Assembly: GCA_950097015.1 (NCBI GenBank)
Contig: CATNEN010000007.1
Span: 3,038,001-3,102,000, forward strand
Direction: 5' to 3'
Source: Macrostomum hystrix
Taxonomy: Eukaryota; Animalia; Platyhelminthes
DNA length: 64,000 bases
The notes under the pieces are model-generated. The model saw nothing but the letters and a program-made list of their open reading frames with translations. It made no database searches and was not told the DNA's origin. A program made the position numbers and the translations under genes. Below, in pieces: positions 1 to 10,781 of this stretch (position 1 is its first letter; each line of letters starts with the position of its first letter).

Positions 1-459
1 CTGGTCGCGCAGTCTTTCGTCCAGAGTGGTCCCGAATTCGCAGCGCTCTGATGCCGCTTTCAGGCCAGCGATGAAGTCAGCGAGGCTCTCACCGGGCTTC
101 TGCACGCGCTGTTGAAATCGAAATCTGGCGGAGAGCATTGACGTCTTGGGCGCATAATACGCCTTTAGGGTATCAGCTAGCTCAGTGTAGGACTTGGAGA
201 TCGCTGGTTTCGGCAGGCATAGATTCCGTAGAACCTTGTAGGCATCCTCTCCGATAGCGGTTACCAGCGTGGCGACCTTTGCCTCGTCTTGGACTTCTTT
301 GCAGATGAAATACTGTTCGAGCCTCTCTAAGTAGATATCAATGTCAGAGTTAGCAGAGAGTTCTGGAATTCTTCCAGTTGTATCCCATCCTCGTCGCCAA
401 TGTGAAATTATGAGTTCTGAGACGAGTAAGTTAGGAGTAGAAAACAAGCACGCGTTCAT
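1..459 (-). CDS. gag: Ty3/gypsy (K02A2.6-like) Gag, N-terminal part, runs off the window edge
   Basis: Manual translation, open from ATG 459 to base 1: ...DTTGRIPEL..IDIYLERLEQYFICKEV..KVATLVTAIGEDAYKVLRNLCLP..KSYTELADTLKAYYAPK...ARFRFQQRVQKPGESLADFIAGLKAASERCEFGTTLDERLRDQ. This is a typical retrotransposon Gag pattern. It is absent from the ORF track because it is truncated. Confidence 0.9.
   Translation of the reverse strand, partial: MNACLFSTPNLLVSELIISHWRRGWDTTGRIPELSANSDIDIYLERLEQYFICKEVQDEAKVATLVTAIGEDAYKVLRNLCLPKPAISKSYTELADTLKAYYAPKTSMLSARFRFQQRVQKPGESLADFIAGLKAASERCEFGTTLDERLRDQ
382..399 (-). promoter_or_regulatory. Primer-binding site complementary to the 3' end of tRNA-Ser(GCU)
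   Basis: Minus strand TGGCGACGAGGATGGGAT starts 1 nt after the LTR-terminal CA. The plus strand reads ATCCCATCCTCGTCGCCA, which I recall as the 3' end of metazoan tRNA-Ser(GCU). Confidence 0.8.
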
Positions 460-663
460 TAGCGTCCGCGCAGTCATGTTTATTGTACTCGTACGACTCA
501 ATGGCTGACTCAGCATTGTTAGGAGATTAGGGGTGGGTGCTACAGCGCCTTGCATCAGTGAGAGAAAGTAAGCATTGGAAATCTAAAGACAGCACAGTGG
601 GGTGACATGGGTGCACGTGAACTATAGCCATGCAGATAGTTAATAGCGAGTATTGAAATGACA
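401..663 (-). mobile_element. 5' LTR of the gypsy element (~263 bp)
   Basis: TGT...ACA termini and an internal AATAAA on the minus strand near 480, directly followed by the PBS and gag. The outer end at 663 is inferred, because the second LTR is outside the window. Confidence 0.7.
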
Positions 664-827
664 ATAAACTAGCTGTTATAGAGTGGCGCGCAAATAGTAC
701 TTTTGCTAAGCTATCCGACAGTATTAAAATACAATGAAACGTTTAATCTCTTTCTATTTCGATCGGCCAAAATTATTTTCAACTTCGTCGACGCTTTCGC
801 GGATAAAATTAGATACCGAATAAAGAC

Positions 828-1778
828 TTACCCGAGCAGTCCATCAAGGGAGAGGGCTCTCCCCTTCGAAGCGGGAGAAATTTCTGGATCAAGCTCCTGA
901 GCTAGCTCAGTGTAGCCAAGTTGCCGACAAATATCAGCAGCTTTAAGCCTCTGAATGTCGGTCACTTTATTTCGAAGGAGGAGAGCCGTTGAGCGGCGAT
1001 CATAGGCGCAGCATTGAGCCAGTGGGCAGACCGCCTGAGCGTCGAACTGGGCGTCAATCTCAAGGTCCACAACCGCAACCGCGCCCGCTTTTAGCAGCAA
1101 TGAAACCACCTGATCGTGGCCATTGGCAGCTGTGAGAGATAGAGCCGTCTGGCCATCCCTGCAGCGCGTGTTGATTTTCGCATCGCGCTGGATCAGCCTT
1201 TCAACGATTTTAAAAAATCCACCTTCGGAAGCCGCCATAAGAGGAGTGTGTCCATCCTCGCGAGCCAGCTCTAGGTCAGCGTTGCTCTCCGGTAAGAGAA
1301 GAATGTCCACAACTTCTAGAAAGTTCAACTTACACGCCACCCAGAGGCAGGATTCACCATTGTTCCTGGTCTTTTTGCAATCGCAATTCACGCCGTCACT
1401 GAGCAACAGTTTCACAATCTGATGAAATCCGTAGGAAGCTGCGGTCCACAATGGCGTCACGCCTCGCGAGTCGGCGATGTTCGGATCAGCACCGCCCTTT
1501 AGAAGTGTCTGAATCACCTCAATGTGGCCGTTAGCTGCCGCGATCCAGAGCCCAGTAACTCCGCCGTTATTCAGTCGAGCGTCAAGATTAGCCTTGAATT
1601 CAATCAGAACAAGTAGACTATCCAGGCTAACGTTTCTAGAGGCGAACCAAACTGCCGTTTCACCGTTCTTGTTTGAATAGTTTTTGTCTGCACCATTCTT
1701 CAGCAGTTTTCGTAGCTCCGTGGCGTCGTTATTCAAAGCGCATTTTAGCAGCCTCTCGCCTTCGTCTGATGATGCCAT
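828..1778 (-). CDS. Ankyrin-repeat protein/exon, paralog 1 (~7 repeats)
   Basis: Repeated G.T[PAG]L..A...GH..VV..LL..GA motifs, collinear with 5392-6372. The first in-frame ATG is 1778 (the track start is GTG). It ends in GG|GTAAGT, so it is probably the first exon of a longer gene. Confidence 0.92.
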   Translation of the reverse strand: MASSDEGERLLKCALNNDATELRKLLKNGADKNYSNKNGETAVWFASRNVSLDSLLVLIEFKANLDARLNNGGVTGLWIAAANGHIEVIQTLLKGGADPNIADSRGVTPLWTAASYGFHQIVKLLLSDGVNCDCKKTRNNGESCLWVACKLNFLEVVDILLLPESNADLELAREDGHTPLMAASEGGFFKIVERLIQRDAKINTRCRDGQTALSLTAANGHDQVVSLLLKAGAVAVVDLEIDAQFDAQAVCPLAQCCAYDRRSTALLLRNKVTDIQRLKAADICRQLGYTELAQELDPEISPASKGRALSLDGLLG

Positions 1779-3402
1779 GTCAGGCAGACATGTTGAACTT
1801 AAACTGGACAGCTTATTCGTCACTACCTATGTAGTGCGGCTTGATAAAGCAATACTGGCTTAAACTGGGCTTAATAGACACTTATCATGATATCAGCACT
1901 ACTTTTAGTGTGTCTTAAAATTATTAGAAAATGGAATTATGTATACAGCTGGCTTGTACATTCAGGAACAATAGAGAATGGAGAGTGTACAGACAGCTCC
2001 TCGCTGGCTAAACTGAATAAGCAAACAATGCCCAAAGTGTGTACACCATATGGGTGCGCGAAAAATAAGGAACTTTGTCACCCAGCCCTAAAAGCCTCTG
2101 CTACTAATGCAGTTTGACATTAAATAGTTAGATGTTCTATTTAAAGCTGTCCAGTCATACTTCATATTCATTCCAGTGGATCACTTTGAGACGAATAAAC
2201 ATGCCCAATGCCCGAAATGTATACATTAAATGATATTACACTGTGGAAGCTGTGGAACCTTCATAGAAGAAGCAAAGAGTCCTAAATATAGAAACTGAAG
2301 CCGGTCCCAATTTACGGACCAGTTTTAGACTGACTGGCAACGAATACACTGGACAGATTCTGGTGCACGGCTTGTAGGATAACACTGATAACTTCATTTC
2401 ATCAGTTTTCAAAAAACTTGTTTAATTCGAAAGCTAGATTAATTCTCTTTATTTTCGATGCAGTTCACAGACAGTCAGACAGTCGGACTGTTTCTTCGGT
2501 AAATGAAAACAAAGCAACCAATGTTTTTCAAGATTGGTTAAATTAAACATAAGTTATCCGAGTAATTTTCACCAGTGTTGGCCGCGTTACCAAAAAGTTA
2601 CGGGGGATGGCGGTAACGGTTGTTACTGACCATTTGGTTACGAAAAAATAGGAACGGTTGTTGCTTTTAATCGTTACTTCGTGCTTTTTGACTCATTTAC
2701 AAAAAATCTGCTCTTTATTTCGTAAGTAGTTTATAAATACTCGTATGTGTAGCTTTGTTTATCGGTCATGACTCATATCATGCTGTCCATTCCAACATCG
2801 TCCACTTTTTTAGACTCCTTTATCATTGTCACTCTCACTGATCTTGACCAATTTGGTTTTTGGGATTAGTAGCCATGAGATCACATGAAGATTTTTATTA
2901 GATTGATAATATTGATGATTGATGATAGTATAATATTGTCTACAGAGTAAAGTACCAGACTATAGTCAGTCTATGAATTGACAAATGAAAATTTCGCAAA
3001 CTTGCAGTTCGGAACAACAGCAAAATACCTCAAATCAAAATGAATGCAAAACGTTATCAAGGTAAAACAAAGAAATCGAAAGATAGTTGCTAATTATATA
3101 AATTTGACTATGTTTTATACTATTAGATATTATATAATATAATGGAACGTCAGTATCAAAATTACTGAGTAAACGTGCTGGTTTATCTATGTATAGATAG
3201 ATTTCGATAAAGCTTAAAAGACGAGCGTATCAATATGAATTCTTTTCAGTTAAAAATGAAGCCACTTAGCGAACTCAAAACTTGCAACCAAGCTCATGTT
3301 TCATGAAAAAAATAGTCGTAACAAAAATAGTCATGGCAAATTATTTTTTGTCGGCAAATCCAGCGCAGTCATGGGTATAGAATATAATACAGTAGAAAAT
3401 AT

Positions 3403-5317
3403 TTAAGAATCGAACAGGTTCAGAAAACAAGCTTCTGAACAAGAGTTATGCAGCACGACTCGGCCGACGACTTGCAGATCTGTGTCGCCCAGGATGTCAT
3501 TGATGATGACGTCAGTCTTCTCATGACGCCATTGAAAGAGTCGGCGCATCGCCTTCAAAGCCGAGCGCTTTATGGAGATGTCCGATGAAAGCAGAGCTGC
3601 GGCGTACAGCTCTTCAAAGTCCGCATTGCTGTTGCTGTTCTCCATCACGCTCTGGGACCAGGCCGCCATGCTATCATGCCATTCGCTTCGTTTCAGCAGG
3701 CGAAGCTTCAGCAATTGCAGCAATACATCGAAGTTTAGGTAGAGTCTTCTCTCGTGGTTAGGCATTCGACTTGGAAAGCATTCAGGACAGACCATGGCAG
3801 TTGAATCTGGGCTGCCCAGGGAATCAATGCGGCAGCACATCCGCCAAGTGGAGTCGCTGTCTTTTAGCTGTTCCAAAATGTCTCGTTTTATTTTTTCGCT
3901 GCTTTCTTCCTCCTTCACGTGCAAGTGACGGCGAAGGGTAGACTTGTCATTGTCGATGAGTACAGAACGTGCTTTGTCGTATTTTTGAAATCTAAGGTGC
4001 GTTAGAACCTCGAGGCAGAGCTTTGCGGTCTTGACCATACCTGGGAGGCGCTCGATGTCACTCAGAGTTTCGTCATGGAGAGGCGGCTCCTTTGAGTTCA
4101 GAATGCGCTGCACATACCGTTTGATTCGGACGTAGGCGCTGTGAAGCTCGTTATCTGACTCGTTCGAGTCGTCAAAAAGTGAGAATCCAAAGGGAAACAG
4201 CGAGAATATATGCAGCGAATAGTATTCCGCGGTGTTCAGTGGTTTCAGTTGGTCTCTGAATCGGCACAGATGCACATCAATTTCCAGAATGACTTGTCTA
4301 ACGTGGTTTAAAATGTCCCACTTTGGCGAATGGTCTCGCTTCAAATAAAGAACTGTTTCAGCAAGGAAAAAGTGCGGCATGCAGTAATCCTCATCATTCG
4401 AGCCCCCCATGAAATTATTCAGCATTTGAAGCGCTGAGATCAGCAACTGACGAAGATTTTCGCCGGACCAGTTCTCTTTAGGTGTTTGTTTTAGCATAAA
4501 GAAGAGAAGTGACTTTGCGTGGTAAGATTTCAGGCCCATGCTTTGATGTTGTTGGTTGCTGACTCCGAGCACTTTCTTTATAATGAACTTTAGTAAAATG
4601 TAGAACTGGCCTTGATCAGTAGACAGTGAGCGCATAATGCCCTGCTCTAGAATCGATGTGCTCACTCTTAGCTGCGTCCCTTCTTTCGCAGGCGTTCCTG
4701 CTCGAATCAAGTGAAATGGGTGGCCACAAGATGCGACCTCGTTTCTCAGTTGTTCTACAATTTCAGTTGGAAAATGAGCCAAAGTGTCTGAGCTTTCATC
4801 GGTGATTAGTCGCGGATAGCAGCACATTGAGTAGGCATAAACAACATCCATACTGGGCGTCGTCGGAGAAGCTTCCGTAGTCATGGCAGGTCGAGAACCT
4901 AAAAATATATGCACAAAAGCCAATTCAGAAGAACAAGCTACGCCTAGATATATAAAAATGGCTAGTTAAGCATTTTTGTTAAACTTACCAACCCCTGCTG
5001 TTCTGCTGAGCTTGACATGGCCATGCTTGTAAGTAACCTTTTCTTCTTCTTTGATATCTGGGCATTTGCAAAAATCCCTCAAATGAAACTTTTGTCTTGA
5101 CATGATTTCTGCAAAATCAATATCAGATTCTGGGCCTATCGACCCGTCCGCCGTGCTGAGGTTGCAACCCCAGCCGTCCCCATAGCTGCCAAGCACAAAG
5201 AGAGTGTTCCTGTGAAAGTAGCATCGCAAAAAATCCTGTACAATGTCTGCTGCAGCCACTTGAACCCGAGATCGTTCCTTTGTGAAGCCCGCTTGCGTCA
5301 TCTTCCGACAAAGGTCA
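3403..5317 (-). CDS. Mab-21/cGAS-like nucleotidyltransferase (cGLR); exons 5317(or ATG 5301)-4989 and 4898-3403
   Basis: GSYGDGWG...ESDID motif and a third acidic residue in MDVVYA. The Mab-21 C-lobe signature reads LRVSTSILEQ..FYILLK..LKSYHAKSLLFF..W..CMPHFF. A 90-nt phase-1 intron (G|GTAAGT...TTTTTAG|GT) joins the two track ORFs in frame. Confidence 0.9.
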
Positions 5318-5391
5318 CTAAAAAGATGATGAGGGAGGTTTTTAAAATAAATTCTGAAGCTTCCCAGAAGCGGCTCAAATCAGAGTGAAGA

Positions 5392-6372
5392 TCAGTACCT
5401 TATGAAAAAGTCGGAGGTGTTCAGTGGCCTGTACGAGGACACCTGCCCTGAATAGGCTGATCCAAAAGAACTTAGCCGCTCAGCCAGTGTACAATACCCA
5501 AGCTTTTGACAAATCTCGATAGCGCGACGCCTCTGCATCCCGGACACCCGGTCCCAGAGAAGACCTGCGGTTGAGTGTTGTTCGTAAGCGCAGCATTGCG
5601 CTAGAGGGCAGACGCTAAGATCTAAGACACACGGCATGTCTTTAGAAATGGCGATGAAAGGATTGGCGCCGGCATTTAGAAGCAGCGAAACCACTGCATC
5701 GTGACCGTTACAAGCTGCAAGCGTCAGCGCCGTGTGTCCATTGGAGCTTCGTCTGTTAATTCTTACTCGCTGCTCGATAAGAATATTCACAATGTCTGTG
5801 AAGCCACCTTCTGCAGCCGCCATTAAAGGTGTGTGCCCATCATCCCTGGCCAATTCCAGGTCCGCACCATGCGTGATTAGGATTCCGACAATTCGTCGAA
5901 AGTTCAGCTGACATGCCATCCAGAAGCTGGTCTCGCCACTGTGCTTGGCCGAATCGCAATCAGCTCCGTATCTGAGCAGTAGCTCGACTATCTCGTGGAA
6001 GCCATAGGATGCAGACGTCCAAAGGGCCGTGACTCCACGAGAGTCGGGAATGTTTGGGTCAGCGTGGCCATCCAATAGTAGCTGGATTACTTCAAAGTGG
6101 CCATTAGCGGCAGCAATCCACAGACCTGTCACCCCGGTTTTTAGCCTCGCGTTTAAATTTGCGTCATGCTCTTTAAGGATACCAAGGCATTCGAGACAAA
6201 CGTTTCGGGAGGCGAACCAAACTGCTGTTTCGCCGTTTTGGTTGGCGTAGTTCACGGGCGCGCCGTTTTCAAGCAGCTCTTTTAACTTCTCGTGAGAGTT
6301 TTTCTCCGCCGCCTCAAGAAGAGCCTCTCCTTGCTGTTGTTCCTTCTTCGGGGGCATTGGATTGCAGCTCAT
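5392..6372 (-). CDS. Ankyrin-repeat protein/exon, paralog 2; probably spliced to the cGLR exons
   Basis: About 7 ankyrin repeats. The likely start is ATG 6372, downstream of an acceptor-like TTTATATACAG. It ends in AG|GTACTG (phase 2) overlapping the final codons. Confidence 0.92.
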   Translation of the reverse strand: MSCNPMPPKKEQQQGEALLEAAEKNSHEKLKELLENGAPVNYANQNGETAVWFASRNVCLECLGILKEHDANLNARLKTGVTGLWIAAANGHFEVIQLLLDGHADPNIPDSRGVTALWTSASYGFHEIVELLLRYGADCDSAKHSGETSFWMACQLNFRRIVGILITHGADLELARDDGHTPLMAAAEGGFTDIVNILIEQRVRINRRSSNGHTALTLAACNGHDAVVSLLLNAGANPFIAISKDMPCVLDLSVCPLAQCCAYEQHSTAGLLWDRVSGMQRRRAIEICQKLGYCTLAERLSSFGSAYSGQVSSYRPLNTSDFFIRY

Positions 6373-7579
6373 GTTGAATACTTCGCCCAGTGTTACGAGC
6401 CTGCTGTATATAAACATTTTTGCAGCTAGCTCACATAGCTGCTGCACTATTCAATGTGCATGTCTGCTCGTGAGGGAAAACCAGGAACTTCTTCCCCCCC
6501 CACAAGCTCAGGATTGCACACGCTGCGAACATTTGTCTGTAGCTCTAGCTTGTACAAAGCCTGATAGGAAGGCAAGAAAGAAGTTCTGCCAGAGGCTGAA
6601 CATTAGAGCACAATTTTAATCAGTGGAAGGACTGCTCCAGACTGTACGACCCGATTCATATTGCTGTCACTAAGCTGGTCATAGATTCATGTAGCCTATG
6701 AATCAACACAGTAGATTTGCGTTGCTTTCAATTTGACTCCAGCTCACTGCACATAAAACTTCCATTTGGCTCAGCTAATGTTTGATTATGCAAATATCTG
6801 CCTTATAGCGCGACATAGGCCAAAATTTAGTGCATAATTTCTTCGTTAATAAGCAAAGACGGGGGCAAAGCATAGAAGAATAGCCAAGACAGGACCCCAG
6901 TGCTTTGGCAATGCTTTGAACTTTTACTGATTCCTTTTAAAAAGAGGGAAGTCAGACCACCCAGAGAGAGTGGGCTGTGCTCCCGGGCCCCATTCCCCAT
7001 TGGCTGAAAGAATCTGAAATCGTCGACTGCTGAGCCCATGTGGCCTCAGAAATCGCTCAGCAGTGCGAAGAAGTGGATTTGAGAAGGAATGAAGCTGCAG
7101 ATAGCTGCGTGGGACCTGCAAGTCCTTCCAGGCACACGTTTCCACTCGGCCTGTCCGAGCAGGGCCGAGGAAGTGCGTGACATAATTAGTGGCTCGCTTT
7201 CGTGTTGGCGTTGGGCCGTTGGCAAAAACGCCAAAGAAAATGTTTCCATCTCGTCAACTTTCGGAGGTCTCCACTTGTATTGCCCTTTAGTGGAAAGGAG
7301 TCACTAATTACGAGATCAGGCAGAAAGTTAACGCCAATTCATTTTACACGCTTATTTCCGAACTTTTGACTTCCTTTCAAAAACGTGTTCTCAAAACCGT
7401 TATTTCGTGGTCCGAATGAGTCATAAGCTCACATATTTGCCTTATTTGGTCATCGGTGGCAACAGCATTTAAGAGTACCTTAACGGTCTGAAAACGCGAG
7501 CGTAGTACCTAAATAAGCCGACTGAACTCTAAGCTAAAAATAAACTTGCAGCCCACCCCAATTTGTCACCGCATTTCAG

Positions 7580-10500
7580 GTGGACGCATGTGGTTTTACG
7601 GAAGCGCAGAGACATCCTGGATTGAAGTGACTCGATCCGACGGTCCGGAAACAATATCTGGTCATCAGATCTTCTTTCAGACGTGCTGCAAGCTGTTCGG
7701 CAAGGGTCAGTGATGCACGATTCGATCCACTTTTTAGACAAAACAAGATGCATAGACGGGGATTTCTTCAATGAAAAGTACTTGAATTTTGGCAGCAAAA
7801 ACACTGCCAAGCTTAAATTAGATACATGCGCTGGCGAATTATTTAGTAATAGTTTGGATTGTGTTACCAGGCCGGTGGAAGGCCTCTTCAGGCGCTGGTC
7901 TCGATGAGCATCTTTTGTGCCTGAGAAGATCCTTCGTTTCTTTCTCGCCAAATTGCTGAGTGGTCCATTTTTACATCTGCTCTGTGTTTTTAAGTGACAT
8001 GTTAATCGATTAATCTTGCGAACCTGGTCCCGACAGCTGTCTCTAATTCTCTCTATCCCTCAGTGTCCTGTCCGAGGATCTATTTGCTGTTCCTGAGCAC
8101 GAGAGGCAAGAAATGAGTCGTTTAGATTTGAAAGAGAACGCGAGTGAAGATGGGAGAGAAAGTTTCCAATTTATATAGAGACATAAACAGCCTAAGAGAA
8201 GCTGAAAATCAATACCAGACAGATAGATAGTATAATGCCACGCACGCAGGGAGCGACAGTGATGTTGTAGAAGTAAAACCAGCTCCTGCCAGCGTACTAT
8301 TGTTAACTAAGTAACTATTCAATGCTTTTCGATTTTTATTGAGACATTCAATCATTATCTAGTTAACTAGTTCAGCAGACAAGAATTTCGAAGAAGTTTT
8401 GCGGCATGCAGATAGAGGCCTCGGATGTCATAGTTAACCATATTTTGCTTTCGTTTGTTGTACTATCACAGATTTCGATGAAAGCAACGACGGACCCAGC
8501 TACACAATAAGCCCAGGCTTCCACCAATTTCCCTTCCAATTTCAACTGCCCGAAAGCCTGCCTTCCTCGTTTGAATATTACTCGGAAACAGGACGAATCA
8601 AGGCTCGCATCACGTTCAACGTCAAGGCTGAAGTTCAAAATGCAAAGCGCACTGCCAGTCACAATAGGGAGCGGACGATACTAATTGTTAACTACTACGA
8701 TTTGAATGCTCATCGGCACCTGATTGTGAGTGCTGCTAATCTTGCTTTCGAGTTTTTCTTACTGTTATATTTTGAAGAAAATCTGAAGAAAAAATACTTG
8801 GAGTTACCAGCGCCCAGTTTTCTTATGGCATCAGCAATGCTTCTACTTTCGAAACTTAAATTAGGATCGAGTGTGCTTGAAGAAGGAGATATCCCTAGCC
8901 TACTGCTGCGTTAGCAAGGGTCGCATCATCTGCGAATTATCACTGGCAAAGACTGGCTACGTCCCAGGTGAAACAATGGACATTAGTGTGCACCTGTTTA
9001 ACAGTTCATCAGCCTGTGTGCGCAGTACACACATCACCTTCCAACAGAGGGTGTTCCTCACAGCTGGTTGTCATCGCAAAGTGGCTTCTGCGTTGATATT
9101 TAGCATCTCTGGCCAGCGCGTGAAACCTGGCGCATCGGGCTATTATCATGACGTCATCCACATCCCACCGCTGCCGCCAACTGGCATGCCGCACTGCGAA
9201 ATTATCGACCTCGAATATTTGGTTCAGGTGAGTGGCTAGTTTATAGCTTTTAGGGATGAGAACAATAGAAATAAATTGTGAAGCGATTCAATAAAATAAT
9301 AAACGCGATGAAATATTCAATTCAAATCAAAAAGATCTAATCAGGTTAGAATAACCTTCTCATGTTGTTAAATTATTTTAGAAGAACAATCTTCCTCTCG
9401 ATGAAGATGATGATAAAAATGCGCCCTTTAGATCATAGGTAAACAGTCGTGTTAGAAGCTTGTCTCAGGTCAAAATAAATCGAATTCGTCAATATTTAGT
9501 CAACCACTGGGCCCAATGCAATAAGGAGGCCGCTCTCAAGCTGGCATTGATTCGATCAATGAAGAAGTCAGAGCAGGAGAATGAACTTAATTAACCCCCT
9601 GCTAAGGAACTAATTCCGATTTCGATTCAGTCTTGAGAAGGCACTGCCGCTGTGGACCCCCTGGCGCAAATGTGTGAGTTTGTGGCTGTAGGCAGTGCGG
9701 CTTTCTCCAAGGAACTGGAGCCTAGTCAGCATTTAACATTACCATTATTGATTTGCAGTGCCAATGAGCACACTTTGAGACCAGAAGAAATTCAACTCGG
9801 AAGGGAGTTTCATTCTGTATAGCAAGTTTTAGATCCAGAAGAGATCGGGACTAGCTTAAGTCTGTCGCTTGGGGCATTTTGTGCTGCTTGTCCTCTTGGG
9901 AAGAGCTGAAAAGTTATACCAAATTTACCCCAACTAGTTGAATAAGGGGCCTTTGAATAAATAACACACCCTTCGCCGGTTGCTGAATTTTTCTATGGGA
10001 CTTAAGAAAAGTATTTTCACCTGACAGCTTATGGTAGAAGGGAAGAAAACTGAAAAACGGAAACTACTACACTTTTTCATTCGATGACATCAACACAGAA
10101 GATTACCAAAGCTGTGCTAATGCGACACACCTGTCAGTAAATTCAATGGCATTCTCAAAATAATTCCGCCTCTCCAATAGATTCAGATCGAAGCCTCCGG
10201 AGCATTCGGGCAAACACAGGTGCTAGAGCTCAGCCTGCCCGTGATTATTGGCAACGTGCCCCTCCGAGAGTCATTCATGGACAACAAGCAGGGTGAGACA
10301 TCCACTCTCGTGTAATTGCAATCTCACAAAGCTCATGCATTAACTACCATTGCAAAATTGCCCAGTGGTCCCCTGCTATGCTCACTTCGATTTCGGCACC
10401 GGCGACATAATTGAGCACAGTCCGAGCGAGCTGTCCTCAGAAGCTCCTAGGCCTGTCTACACCTATTACAAAACCGAGCGCCGGGCCCTTGCTGGTGCCG

Positions 10501-10781
10501 ACTTCGGAGATGGCGGCGGCTCCGTTGGAGTCGGTGGGGGCGGCAGCAGCAGTCAAGTCAGTCTGGACAGGGGCCGTCAGCAGCAGCAGCAAAACCAGAT
10601 GAGGCCGATTCGTGCAGGTTCGTCAATGGATACAACAGCGTCGTCTAGCTTGCTCGCCGTGGCTGGCGGGGCCGGTCATGGCAGCAGTGGAGGTGGTGGC
10701 GGTGGAGGTGGAGGCACCGGCGGCAGGTGCTCAAGCCAGTCTGGCTACGGTGGTAGAAACGGCACCATCACTGCCATCTGA
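7580..10781 (+). CDS. Alpha-arrestin (ARRDC-like); exons 7580-7705, 8472-8725, 8865-9227, 10187-10292, 10366-10781; first exon unresolved (perhaps from ATG 7089)
   Basis: Motifs FYGSAETSWIE, PGFHQFPFQFQLPESLPSSFE, KTGYVPGE, IPPLPPT..CEIIDLEYLVQ and LPVIIGNVP. All GT-AG junctions are phase-compatible (1,0,0,1). Confidence 0.88.

Noticed and set aside
2573-2800. CAGTGTTGG...CCAACATCG possible hAT MITE
   Set aside because: The right end is degenerate and there is no 8-bp TSD.
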